Below, in pieces: positions 11,040 to 20,612 of a stretch of 64,000 nt of DNA (position 1 is its first letter; the number at the start of each line of letters is the position of its first letter). The stretch is from contig CAKZPI010000032.1 in assembly GCA_937139155.1 (NCBI GenBank), positions 44,969 to 108,968 on the forward strand, given 5' to 3'. Source of the DNA: an uncultured Flavobacteriales bacterium (lineage in GTDB: Bacteria > Bacteroidota > Bacteroidia > Flavobacteriales > JBLHRE01). The position numbers were made by a program, and so were the translations under genes. The notes beneath the pieces are model-generated. The model was not told the origin of the DNA, searched no databases, and was given only the letters and a program-made list of their open reading frames with translations.

Positions 11040-12380
11040 ATGTCCAAACTCTTATTAACTCTCGCAATTTGCTCTAGCTTTCTTTTACAGGCACAACCAA
11101 AGGTGGTTGATGGCGTAATGGCGGTTGTGGGTAATAACATCATCCTTCTTTCGGATATTGAACAACAATATCTTCAAATCAAGGCCCAGGGCTTGCCCAT
11201 GGAAGACAATCTTAAATGTGGATTGTTTAAAGAGCAGCTATTTGAAAAACTTTTACTTCACCAAGCTGCCATTGACTCTGTTGAGGTTACCGAGGATGAG
11301 GTGGGAAGTGTGATTCAACGAAGATTAGATTATTTCATTAGCCAGGTGGGGTCTATTCAAGCATTGGAGTCTTACTACGGAAAAACCATCCCTGAGCTGA
11401 AAGAAGAGCTGAAAAAGCCCATTCGCCAGCAATTGATTGCCCAGAAAATGCAAAATCAAATTTCTGGTGGTCTTCAGGTTAGTCCTAAGGAAGTTGAGGA
11501 GTTTTTTAATGAAATTCCGAAAGACTCCTTACCCTTAATCAATGCAGAGGTTGAAGTAGCTCAAATTGTTAAGAAACCGGTAATTTCGGAGGCAGCAAGA
11601 ACCGAAGCTCGTCAACAATTATTAGAATTTCGCGAAAGGATCCTTAATGGGGAAAATTTTGCATCTCTGGCCATTCTGTATTCAGAAGATCCAGGTTCAG
11701 CACGAAATGGAGGAAAGTATACCGATATACAGCGAGGACAATTTGTGAAAGAATTTGAAGCAGCGGTTTTCGGCCTTGAGCCCATGGAATTGTCGGAAGT
11801 ATTTGAAACGGAATATGGTTTTCATTTGGCTCAGTTGCTCGAACGTCGCGGACAAGTGGTGGATGTTCGGCATATTCTTATCAAACCAGAAATTTCCTCA
11901 GAATCTATTCAAGAGTCGGCCAATTTCCTGGACAGCCTTAGACAAGCCATTCTTGACGGGGACCTTAGTTTTGAAACCGCCGCTTTAGAATACTCTGACG
12001 ATAAACAAACTCAGGCCACCAAAGGAAACTTGATCAATCAAAACACCAGTGATACTAGGTTTGAGGTAGGTCAATTGGATCGAAATGTGTATTTCGCCAT
12101 TGAAAACTTGAATCCGGGTGAGATTTCAAAGCCGGTATTCATGCAGTACCCAGACGGGTCTCAGGCCTATAGAATTATTAAATTGGTGTCAAGAACCGAA
12201 CCCCATAGAGCCAACCTAAAACGAGACTATAGTCGTATTAAGAATGTTGCTTTGGAGCAAAAAAAGCAAAAGGTGATCAATGATTGGGTGGATGAAAAAC
12301 TCAAGGTTACCTTCGTGAAAATTAATTCAGGGTATTTAGATTGTACCTTAGACCCAAAATGGACCCGTACGTATGAGTGA
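11040..12380 (+). CDS. SurA-like peptidyl-prolyl isomerase (parvulin domains)
   Basis: Signal peptide 'MSKLLLTLAICSSFLLQA', SurA-N-like region, and parvulin motifs 'YGFHLAQL' and 'VRHILIK'. I chose the start at ATG 11040. Confidence 0.8.
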   Translation: MSKLLLTLAICSSFLLQAQPKVVDGVMAVVGNNIILLSDIEQQYLQIKAQGLPMEDNLKCGLFKEQLFEKLLLHQAAIDSVEVTEDEVGSVIQRRLDYFISQVGSIQALESYYGKTIPELKEELKKPIRQQLIAQKMQNQISGGLQVSPKEVEEFFNEIPKDSLPLINAEVEVAQIVKKPVISEAARTEARQQLLEFRERILNGENFASLAILYSEDPGSARNGGKYTDIQRGQFVKEFEAAVFGLEPMELSEVFETEYGFHLAQLLERRGQVVDVRHILIKPEISSESIQESANFLDSLRQAILDGDLSFETAALEYSDDKQTQATKGNLINQNTSDTRFEVGQLDRNVYFAIENLNPGEISKPVFMQYPDGSQAYRIIKLVSRTEPHRANLKRDYSRIKNVALEQKKQKVINDWVDEKLKVTFVKINSGYLDCTLDPKWTRTYE

Positions 12381-13341
12381 GAATAGAAATTCGGATGTAG
12401 CAGCTGTAGATCATTTGGTTGAACAGTATAACCAACTCTCAACCGAAATAGCCAAGGTAATTGTTGGCCAACAAGATGTTGTTAAATCCGTGGTTCTATC
12501 CATTTTCTCGAAGGGGCATTGCTTATTGGTAGGGGTGCCAGGTTTGGCAAAGACCCTTTTGGTGAATACCATTGCCCAAACCCTAGGCCTTGACTTCAAC
12601 CGGATTCAGTTTACTCCAGACCTTATGCCTTCAGATATTACGGGCTCTGAGATTCTGGATGAGAATAGACAGTTTAAATTCATTAAAGGCCCTCTTTTTG
12701 CCAATATTGTTTTGGCAGATGAGATCAACCGTACCCCTCCGAAAACACAGGCCGCTCTTTTGGAAGCCATGCAAGAAAAGTCTGTAACCGCTGCAGGAAG
12801 ACATTTCAAACTGCCCAGTCCGTTTTTCGTGCTGGCTACCCAGAACCCCATTGAGCAGGAAGGAACCTATGCTTTGCCAGAGGCCCAGCTAGACCGGTTT
12901 ATGTTTAATATTAAGGTTGATTACCCTAGCTTTCAAGAGGAAGTTGATATTGTGAAGGCTACCACAACCGGGGTAGAGGCAACCGTAAATCAGGTTTTTT
13001 CTGCGGATGAAATTGAAGCTATACAAGCCTTGGTAAGAAGGATTCCAGTTGCAGACAATGTGGTTGAATATGCCGTTAAGCTCACCAATGCAACTCGCCC
13101 GAATACAGAGAATAGCAGTGATTTTGTAAACCAATACATTGGCTGGGGTGCTGGTCCTAGAGCTTCTCAGTTCTTGATTCTCGGAGCAAAGGCTCATGCC
13201 GCAATTCAAGGCAAGTATTCACCAGACATTGAAGATGTTCAAGCCGTAGCAGATTCGGTTCTTCGCCATAGAATTGTGAGAACCTATCGAGCAGAAGCAG
13301 AGGGAGTTAAAGTGGAGGATATCATTAAAGAAATATCATAA
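12373..13341 (+). CDS. MoxR-family AAA+ ATPase
   Basis: Walker A 'GVPGLAKT', Walker B 'VLADEINR', and 'ATQNPIEQEGTY.LPEAQLDRF', typical of the AAA_3/MoxR family. Confidence 0.9.
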   Translation: MSENRNSDVAAVDHLVEQYNQLSTEIAKVIVGQQDVVKSVVLSIFSKGHCLLVGVPGLAKTLLVNTIAQTLGLDFNRIQFTPDLMPSDITGSEILDENRQFKFIKGPLFANIVLADEINRTPPKTQAALLEAMQEKSVTAAGRHFKLPSPFFVLATQNPIEQEGTYALPEAQLDRFMFNIKVDYPSFQEEVDIVKATTTGVEATVNQVFSADEIEAIQALVRRIPVADNVVEYAVKLTNATRPNTENSSDFVNQYIGWGAGPRASQFLILGAKAHAAIQGKYSPDIEDVQAVADSVLRHRIVRTYRAEAEGVKVEDIIKEIS

Positions 13342-13365
13342 TGATCTCCCTTTTTTAATAAGCAT

Positions 13366-13402
13366 AAAAAAAGCCGTCACTTTCTTAAAAGGACGGCTTT
13401 TT
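13366..13402 (+). terminator. Bidirectional intrinsic terminator between moxR and the convergent lipoprotein gene
   Basis: AGCCGTC/GACGGCT stem flanked by an A-run on the 5' side and a T-run on the 3' side. Confidence 0.7.
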
Positions 13403-13502
13403 CTAGTTAGAGTCTAAAATCCGTTTATGGTTCGTCCGTTTCAAAGGTCTGGGTAATTTTCACCATGGTTCCAGGGGCTGAAAAATCTTGAAAAACGTTA
13501 AA

Positions 13503-13901
13503 TCAAGGTTTTCGGGTGTCCAATTCTACAGCCGCGGTAATCGAAAATCCAAAGAGTTCTTGGGTTTGTTGAAGCTCCATTTCATTTCTGGTGATGCTTA
13601 ATACCCAAATGGTGTCCCCTTCCGAAACAATGAGTTGGTCTTCAAAGTTATACTCATAATCTGCAGTAAAGGTTGTATCGCTCTCAGCTTCATATGAATA
13701 AACCTTACCTTGATTAAACTCTATGTACGATCCATCCTTTACCGTGTAGGTGGTGTCAAATGAATCTCCATTTTGATCAATCCATGTTTCGTGCATGGTG
13801 TAATGGTACCACCGGTCTTCTAGCCAACGCTCATGTTGGTTTTCTTTCGAACAGGAAACAAACATTCCTGCCATTAAGATAGCAGCGATAAATAATCTCA
13901 T
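13503..13901 (-). CDS. Small lipocalin-like lipoprotein (paralogue 1)
   Basis: Lipobox 'MFVSCS'. Shares the pattern 'LED.W....DGSY..F......Y.Y' with the neighbouring ORF. Confidence 0.6.
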   Translation of the reverse strand: MRLFIAAILMAGMFVSCSKENQHERWLEDRWYHYTMHETWIDQNGDSFDTTYTVKDGSYIEFNQGKVYSYEAESDTTFTADYEYNFEDQLIVSEGDTIWVLSITRNEMELQQTQELFGFSITAAVELDTRKP

Positions 13902-14070
13902 AATGATTTGTTTTAGTTTGGCGAAAGATATTGATATCTCTCATTTTTCAAATTAAATCTCAGAAAGTTTATTTGAAAAAATAAGGTGATAAGTGCTATA
14001 TGCTAGAGAATTAGCAAATCTTAATAAGCGGGAATGAAGGATAGGGAACGAGCCAGTTATAAGGTGATTT

Positions 14071-14514
14071 TCAATCTGGCGCCTCGGTTTTTAAGAAGTA
14101 AGTAGCTTCAACATATGGGTCGTTGTTCAGAGTATCGAATGGGAAGTCTGTAACTTGGGAAATGGATAATTCTTTGCGGCTAATAGAAACGATGCTGAAG
14201 GTATCCACGATTTGATCAGCGATTCCGGTTCCTGTTATAGCTAATTCGTCATGACTTAGAAGTTCGTACGAAAAAGTATCTCTCACATTGATATCTGCCC
14301 AATATGTATAAACCGTGGCATTATCAAATGTTAGATATGACCCATCCTTAAAAATTGTTTCTTCCTGTCCTATGACCCCGCTATCCGTTGAAATCAATAT
14401 CCTTTCATCCTTGTAAACAAACCAAGTGTCTTCTAAATGCTTTTCAGTGTATTTTTCTTTGGAACAGGAGGAAAGTATTCCAACTGTTAAAATGACGCTG
14501 ATAAATAATCTCAT
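14071..14514 (-). CDS. Small lipocalin-like lipoprotein (paralogue 2)
   Basis: Starts 'MRLFISVILTVGILSSCSKE', nearly identical to the paralogue 1 leader. I chose the start at the internal ATG (14514). Confidence 0.6.
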   Translation of the reverse strand: MRLFISVILTVGILSSCSKEKYTEKHLEDTWFVYKDERILISTDSGVIGQEETIFKDGSYLTFDNATVYTYWADINVRDTFSYELLSHDELAITGTGIADQIVDTFSIVSISRKELSISQVTDFPFDTLNNDPYVEATYFLKTEAPD

Positions 14515-14611
14515 AAAGATAAATTTTGGTTTACTGAAAATATTATCAATTCTCAAAGTATGATGATTAGGACCAAAATAGGAAAACTACTTCCATAAAA
14601 CACTTATACAC

Positions 14612-14642
14612 AAAAAAAAGAGCCAAACCGAAGCTTGACTCT
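14612..14642 (-). terminator. Intrinsic terminator downstream of gap
   Basis: On the minus strand: 10-bp stem AGAGTCAAGC/GTTTGGCTCT (two G-U pairs), TTCG loop, then T8. Confidence 0.7.
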
Positions 14643-14666
14643 TTTATGTATTTAGATCTTGTAATC

Positions 14667-16124
14667 TTAGTAATAACGAAGTCTACGAACTTTGCTTACA
14701 TATTTTCCAAGACGCATTACTTGGCAAGAGTATCCGTACTCATTATCATACCAAACGTAAAGCACCATGTTTTTACCATCATTGCTTACAATGGTTGCAG
14801 GTGAGTCAAAGATTGAACAAGACGAACGTCCAACAATGTCACTGCTTACCAATTCATTGGAAAGAGAGTATTGGATTTGTTCAACTAGGTCGCCGTGAAG
14901 GGCAGCTTCTCTCATCAGGTCGTTTACATCCTCCTTAGTAACCTCTTTACCAACAGTTAGGTTAAGAATGGCCAATGATCCGTTTGGAGTAGGAACGCGG
15001 ATGGCGGAAGAGGTAAGTTTACCTTCAAGACTAGGTACCGCTTTGGTAACGGCTTTTCCAGCACCTGTTTCGGTAATTACCATGTTCAAGGCTGCAGCAC
15101 GACCACGACGGTATTTCTTGTGCATATTGTCAACCAAGTTCTGGTCATTCGTATAGGCGTGGATGGTTTCAATATGTCCTTTTTCAATTCCGAAAGCATC
15201 TTCAATCACCTTCAATACAGGAGTAATTGCATTGGTGGTGCAAGAAGCAGCTGAGAAAATATCCACTTCGTCTGGGTTATAAAACCCTTGGTTAACTCCA
15301 TAAACGATGTTAGGTACTTCCTTTCCAGGAGCGGTTAAGATCACCTTTGAAGCTCCCTTAGATTGAAGGTGACGGCTTAGAGCCTCTCCATCTTTGAAGA
15401 CACCTGTATTATCCATGATCAAGGCATTGTTGATGCCCCATGCGGTATAGTCAATGTCTTCGGGTTGGTCAGCAGTAATCATATAAACGGTATGCCCATT
15501 GATGATAAGGGCATTGTTCTCAAAATCCTCTTTTACGGTACCTGGGAACTCTCCGTGTACCGAGTCAGAACGAAGTAAGGAAGCTCTTTTGGTAAGAGTT
15601 TCTGGAGAAATGCTACGGGTAACAATGGCCCGAAGACGCATTTGCTCTCCTTTTCCTTCTTGAGCCATAAGCTCACGGGCAAGAAGACGACCGATCCGTC
15701 CGAAACCGTAAAGTACCACGTCTTTCGGCTCAAGATTGTTTCCTTTTTCACCAAGGAAGCCAGAAAGCTTGGCGCCAACAAATTCTTTTACGTCGGCAAA
15801 GTTTTCTTTTTCAGCAATCCATTCTTTGGCAAGACGGCCAATGTCAATACGAGCAGGAGCAAGGTCTAGCTCACTCATGGCCTGAGCAATACTCAAGGTT
15901 TGAGCAATGGTGATTGGCTGTCCTACAAAGTCTCTTGCGTACTCGTGAAGACTTAGAATTTCGCTCGGACGTTGGTCCATAAGCTTGTTTCTGAACAAAA
16001 CGGTTTCAATAGACTTTTCATACGAAAGGTCAGAAATGGTTTTGATGAATTCTACAGCAGCCTTTTCTTCCTTGATCCGGTTCTGTAATGACAAATCATA
16101 CGTCTCTTTAAATGCCGTATTCAT
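14667..16124 (-). CDS. gap: Glyceraldehyde-3-phosphate dehydrogenase, long form with a ~135-aa N-terminal extension
   Basis: Rossmann motif 'YGFGRIGR', catalytic 'SAASCTTNA', and 'WYDNEYGYS'. The extension precedes the Rossmann fold. Confidence 0.9.
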   Translation of the reverse strand: MNTAFKETYDLSLQNRIKEEKAAVEFIKTISDLSYEKSIETVLFRNKLMDQRPSEILSLHEYARDFVGQPITIAQTLSIAQAMSELDLAPARIDIGRLAKEWIAEKENFADVKEFVGAKLSGFLGEKGNNLEPKDVVLYGFGRIGRLLARELMAQEGKGEQMRLRAIVTRSISPETLTKRASLLRSDSVHGEFPGTVKEDFENNALIINGHTVYMITADQPEDIDYTAWGINNALIMDNTGVFKDGEALSRHLQSKGASKVILTAPGKEVPNIVYGVNQGFYNPDEVDIFSAASCTTNAITPVLKVIEDAFGIEKGHIETIHAYTNDQNLVDNMHKKYRRGRAAALNMVITETGAGKAVTKAVPSLEGKLTSSAIRVPTPNGSLAILNLTVGKEVTKEDVNDLMREAALHGDLVEQIQYSLSNELVSSDIVGRSSCSIFDSPATIVSNDGKNMVLYVWYDNEYGYSCQVMRLGKYVSKVRRLRYY

Positions 16125-16265
16125 GACGAGGTGTTTGGGTTAAAATTGGCTGCAAAATTAAGGAATTCATTTGGCTTAGGGGAGGTGTTTTTGTAAATCC
16201 TGAAAAACCCTGATTATGCTCTAAGTTCCTGGCTTGTAAAGGGGCAGGTGGTTGGGTTTTTACAT

Positions 16266-16299
16266 GAAAAAGGCCGTTTCTCAGAAAGAAGAAACGGCC
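16266..16299 (-). terminator. Intrinsic terminator downstream of htrA
   Basis: Perfect 10-bp stem GGCCGTTTCT/AGAAACGGCC followed by a T-run on the minus strand. Confidence 0.75.
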
Positions 16300-16323
16300 T
16301 TAGGAGTTCTTTATTAAATGGAT

Positions 16324-17766
16324 TTATAATCCAAATGCATAATAAGATTTCATTCCGTTCGGGTAAACCCCTTCAATATAAACCCCTCCAGATTTTCCTT
16401 CAAGGGTTTTAACAATGTCATCTACATCTTTGATTTCTGTTTTATCCACTTTTGTGATGATGAATCCTTCTCGAATTCCAGCCCTGCGAAGCTTACCTCC
16501 TTGAAGCTCGGTGATCTTAACTCCATACTCGAGACCTAATTTTTTCAAGTCTTCATAGGGAGCCTTTTCAAACTGTGCACCCAAAACATTAATGATGGCA
16601 TTGGGATCGTTTTTCACTACCTCGGTATTGTTGTTCTTATTCCGAAGAACCAGACTAAACTCTTTCAACCTTCCGTCGCGATTGGCGGTAATTCGAACCT
16701 TGTCGCCCGGACGTTTTCTTCCGATGAGTTCTTGAAGTTCGCTTGTTTTTTCAACAGGGGTTTCATCCACTTGAACAATCACATCTCCTGCTTTCAGGCC
16801 TGCATCGGCTGCAGCCCCACCTTCTGTTAGAGCGCTTATATACACACCTTTACTTACTTCCAGGTCTTGGGTTTCCACCAATCCAGCGTCAATATCTCGA
16901 ATGGACACCCCGATGTAGGCCCTTTGTACCACTCCGAATTCCATCAAATCTTCTACGATTTTCTTCACCATATTGGAGGGAATGGCAAAGGAATAGCCCT
17001 CAAAACTTCCCGTACGAGTAGAGATGGCGGTATTGATACCTACCAGATTACCATTGATGTCAACCAAAGCTCCACCCGAGTTTCCTGGGTTTACGGCAGC
17101 ATCGGTTTGAATGAATGATTCAATGGCGGAACGATCATCAATGATGTTGATGTTACGTCCTTTTGCACTCACAATTCCAGCGGTAACCGTTGAGTTTAAA
17201 TTAAATGGATTGCCTACCGCCAATACCCATTGGCCAATTTTTAAATGATCTGAGTTTTCAAATCGGGCAAAGGGTAATTTTTTCTCATCAATTTTTAACA
17301 AAGCCAAATCGGTAGTGGGGTCTGTGCCAATCACCTCTGCTTCGTAGGACCGGTTATCATTAAGGGTAATACGAACCTGATCTGCATTTTCAACTACGTG
17401 ATTGTTGGTTACAATGTATCCATCATCTGAGATGATTACCCCGGAACCTGAACTAGACCTGGGCATGTTTCTACGGTATTCATCCATGCCAAAGCCCCAA
17501 AAGAAATCCCGAAATGGATCAGTGGATGCCTGTGGATTGCCTTCATAATCTGACCGAACATGCACAACGGTATTCACTGTCATTTCGGCAGCCTTCGAGA
17601 AATCCAGCCCTACCAAATCTGGCATTTCATCGGAAGACATGAGTCTGGCCGGAGTTGATTCTGTGATAATGACCCGCTCAGGTTTTTCTAAAAAGAGTTT
17701 GTATCCGCCTAATGTGACTGCCCCACTGAGCAAGGCAACAGCCAATATTCCTGCGATTTTTTTCAT
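16324..17766 (-). CDS. htrA: HtrA/DegP/DegQ-family periplasmic serine protease with two PDZ domains
   Basis: Catalytic residues in 'TNNHVV', 'DLALLKI' and 'GNSGGAL'. C-terminal PDZ-like repeats. Confidence 0.9.
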   Translation of the reverse strand: MKKIAGILAVALLSGAVTLGGYKLFLEKPERVIITESTPARLMSSDEMPDLVGLDFSKAAEMTVNTVVHVRSDYEGNPQASTDPFRDFFWGFGMDEYRRNMPRSSSGSGVIISDDGYIVTNNHVVENADQVRITLNDNRSYEAEVIGTDPTTDLALLKIDEKKLPFARFENSDHLKIGQWVLAVGNPFNLNSTVTAGIVSAKGRNINIIDDRSAIESFIQTDAAVNPGNSGGALVDINGNLVGINTAISTRTGSFEGYSFAIPSNMVKKIVEDLMEFGVVQRAYIGVSIRDIDAGLVETQDLEVSKGVYISALTEGGAAADAGLKAGDVIVQVDETPVEKTSELQELIGRKRPGDKVRITANRDGRLKEFSLVLRNKNNNTEVVKNDPNAIINVLGAQFEKAPYEDLKKLGLEYGVKITELQGGKLRRAGIREGFIITKVDKTEIKDVDDIVKTLEGKSGGVYIEGVYPNGMKSYYAFGL

Positions 17767-17903
17767 GATTTATTTTGAATTTAGGTAAATAGGTTCTGTT
17801 TTTATTCGGCAAATTTTATGCCAGTCAAAGGGCTAACGAGATACTTGTTTTCCTTGTTGCCCTCCGCCTTAAAAAATACGTTCTTTGAGGCGAATCTTAT
17901 TTT

Positions 17904-18680
17904 ATGGACCTAATTTTTGAAAAATACCACGGGGCTGGTAACGACTTTATTCTGATCAATGGATTTGAATCCCAACCGGATTTAAGCCAAGAACAAGTTT
18001 ATTCCTTATGCAAGCGCCACACCGGAATTGGTGCGGATGGTTTAATCATAATTAAGCCCAGCGAAGAGGCTGATTTCTACATGGATTATTATAATGCAGA
18101 TGGGAAACTGGGTAGCCTTTGCGGAAATGGATCTAGATGTGCCGTTCAGTTTGCTTATGCGAAGGGAATTATTGAAGAGTCTTGTGAGTTTTTGGCCTCC
18201 GATGGAAAACACTCAGCTTCCGTTCTTGAGGGTGGAAGAGTGGATTTGAAAATGGCCCCTGTGAAGGAATGGGAGGAGCATTTTGATGATTTGGTCATTG
18301 ATACTGGGTCTCCTCATTACATCAAAGAAGTGTATCGGCTAGAAAAAATAAATGTAATCTCAGAAGGTAGGAAAATCCGCTGCAGCGAAACCTATCAAAA
18401 CCACGGGATTAATGTGAATTTTGTGGAAGAAAACGATTCCGGGTTTTCTATGCGAACCTATGAACGGGGGGTAGAAAATGAAACCCAAGCCTGCGGTACT
18501 GGCGCAGTTGCCACAGCCTTAGCTCTAAATATTTGGGGAAGGGCAGAAAGCCCCATCTCGGTACAGGCACCGGGAGGCCTTCTTGAAATTTCCTTTGAAA
18601 AAAACGAAAAGGGTTTCCACAACATCCATCTCATTGGTCCGGCCGAAAGGGTCTATTCTGGTAAGGTAAGAATTCAATAA
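17904..18680 (+). CDS. dapF: Diaminopimelate epimerase
   Basis: 'GAGNDF' N-terminus with catalytic Cys motifs 'CGNGSRC' and 'ACGTGA'. Confidence 0.9.
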   Translation: MDLIFEKYHGAGNDFILINGFESQPDLSQEQVYSLCKRHTGIGADGLIIIKPSEEADFYMDYYNADGKLGSLCGNGSRCAVQFAYAKGIIEESCEFLASDGKHSASVLEGGRVDLKMAPVKEWEEHFDDLVIDTGSPHYIKEVYRLEKINVISEGRKIRCSETYQNHGINVNFVEENDSGFSMRTYERGVENETQACGTGAVATALALNIWGRAESPISVQAPGGLLEISFEKNEKGFHNIHLIGPAERVYSGKVRIQ

Positions 18681-20612
18681 ATGCTGAGGTTTTCCTCCAT
18701 TCTATTTCTAGGAATATGCCTGATTTTTGTTGGGCTTACCCAGGTGAAATGTGCTGAAGAAGTGCCCACCTATGCCAATTTACAACCAGGGGTAAAATAT
18801 GTGGGTAAAGAAGCCTGTGCCCAATGCCATGTAGGGCATTTTGAAAGCTTTATGCATACTGGAATGGGCTTGAGTATTGACACCGCCTCGCCCGAAAAAA
18901 GCGCCTTGTATGGACAAGATCATCCGGCCATTTATGATGAGTATTCCGATTTATTCTATGCCCCGATTTGGGAAAAACAAGAGTTCTTCATTCTTGAATT
19001 TAGAGTTCGAGAAGGTGACACCATTCACCAACGGAAGGAAAAGGTTGACTTTATAATAGGCTCAGGGCAACATACCAACTCTCATCTATTCGATGAAAAC
19101 GGCTATGTGCATCAAATGCCTTTGACCTTCTATACACAAGATCAAACCCTAGACCTTCCACCAGGTTTTGAAGGTGGACAAAATTCAAGATTTAATAGAA
19201 TCATCGGGCTAGAATGTATGTCTTGCCATAATGCCTATCCTGAAAAGGTATTTGGCTCAGAAAATAAATTCAAAGAAATCCCTAGAGGGATTGACTGTGA
19301 ACGCTGCCATGGCCCCGGCGAAATTCACGTAAAAGAAAAGTTGGCGGGCAATATCGTTGACACTTCTCAATTCATTGATTACTCCATTGTGAATCCTGCA
19401 AAGCTTCCGGTTAACCTTCAATTTGAAGTTTGTCAAAGATGCCATTTACAGGGGAATACCGTGGTTCAGGACGGAAAGTCGTTTCTGGATTTTAAGCCCG
19501 GAATGGAGCTTAGTGAAGTGATGGAAGTGTATATTCCGAGGTATGATGATTCCGATGAAAATTTCATCATGGCAAGTCATGTTGACCGGTTGAAATCATC
19601 AGAATGCTTCAAGCAAACAGGAGGGGAATTGGTTTGTTTTACCTGCCATAATCCGCATAAGTCTGTGAAAATTACAGACTCAAATGTATTCAATTCTAAA
19701 TGCGAATCTTGCCATAATCAAGCAGAACCCAAATGCCAGAAAGAAGACTTGGGGCGGGATTGCGTTACTTGCCACATGCCCAATTCTTCTTCGTCTGATA
19801 TACCTCACGTGAGTATAACCGATCATAAAATTGCCATTCCCCAAGCCCAGGTTAAAACCGATTCCATTCGTGAGTTTTTGAACTTGTATTGTGTAAACAA
19901 CCCCAATCCAAGTTCGTACAGTCGGGCAAAGGCCTTCCTCAACCAGTTTGAGAAATTTGACCCAGACCCGCAGTTTCTTGACTCGGCTTGGAGGTATATT
20001 CAAGGGGCTAAACTGGAGTCTGAAACTGAGTTTCATTTAAAGATCCGTTGGTATTTTTTGAAGGGCGCTTTCGCGGAAGCCAGATCTTATATTGATGGCC
20101 TGAATGCCCAATTGGTCTTAGATCAATGGTTGAATGAAGTTGATCATGACAATAAAGATGCGTGGTCAGCCTATAGAGTAGGAGAGATGCTTAATGCAAC
20201 GGGGCAGGATGAATTGGCGTCGAGGTATTTTGAAAAGGCCGTAAATCTCGCCCCCTTTGTTCTAGATTTTCAAATAAAATATGGGGTGAATGCCCTGCAG
20301 TTGGGAAGGGTGAATCAGGCAAAGGATTGTTTTGAATTCATCCTCGAAGAAAATAAAAATCATGCAGAAGCCTGGAATAACTTAGGTTTTGTTCAGCTTC
20401 AACTTGGTGATATTCAGTTGGCTAAAAGGAGTATTCAAAATGCCATTGACTTGAACCCCAATTATGCTTTGGCTTACTTAAATTTGGCCCAAGCGAATAT
20501 CTTAACCGATGAAAAGGCAGAGGCAATAAAATGCCTCGAGGAGGTATTAATTTTACAACCAAACCACAGGCCTGCCCAGCAAGCCCTAGATGATTTACTT
20601 AAGACAAACTAA
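18681..20612 (+). CDS. Secreted multihaem c-type cytochrome (7 CxxCH) fused to C-terminal TPR repeats
   Basis: Signal peptide present. CxxCH motifs: CAQCH, CMSCH, CERCH, CQRCH, CFTCH, CESCH, CVTCH. The C-terminal ~200 aa carry TPR-like repeats ('AWNNLGFVQLQLGD...A...A..L.P'). Confidence 0.8.
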   Translation: MLRFSSILFLGICLIFVGLTQVKCAEEVPTYANLQPGVKYVGKEACAQCHVGHFESFMHTGMGLSIDTASPEKSALYGQDHPAIYDEYSDLFYAPIWEKQEFFILEFRVREGDTIHQRKEKVDFIIGSGQHTNSHLFDENGYVHQMPLTFYTQDQTLDLPPGFEGGQNSRFNRIIGLECMSCHNAYPEKVFGSENKFKEIPRGIDCERCHGPGEIHVKEKLAGNIVDTSQFIDYSIVNPAKLPVNLQFEVCQRCHLQGNTVVQDGKSFLDFKPGMELSEVMEVYIPRYDDSDENFIMASHVDRLKSSECFKQTGGELVCFTCHNPHKSVKITDSNVFNSKCESCHNQAEPKCQKEDLGRDCVTCHMPNSSSSDIPHVSITDHKIAIPQAQVKTDSIREFLNLYCVNNPNPSSYSRAKAFLNQFEKFDPDPQFLDSAWRYIQGAKLESETEFHLKIRWYFLKGAFAEARSYIDGLNAQLVLDQWLNEVDHDNKDAWSAYRVGEMLNATGQDELASRYFEKAVNLAPFVLDFQIKYGVNALQLGRVNQAKDCFEFILEENKNHAEAWNNLGFVQLQLGDIQLAKRSIQNAIDLNPNYALAYLNLAQANILTDEKAEAIKCLEEVLILQPNHRPAQQALDDLLKTN

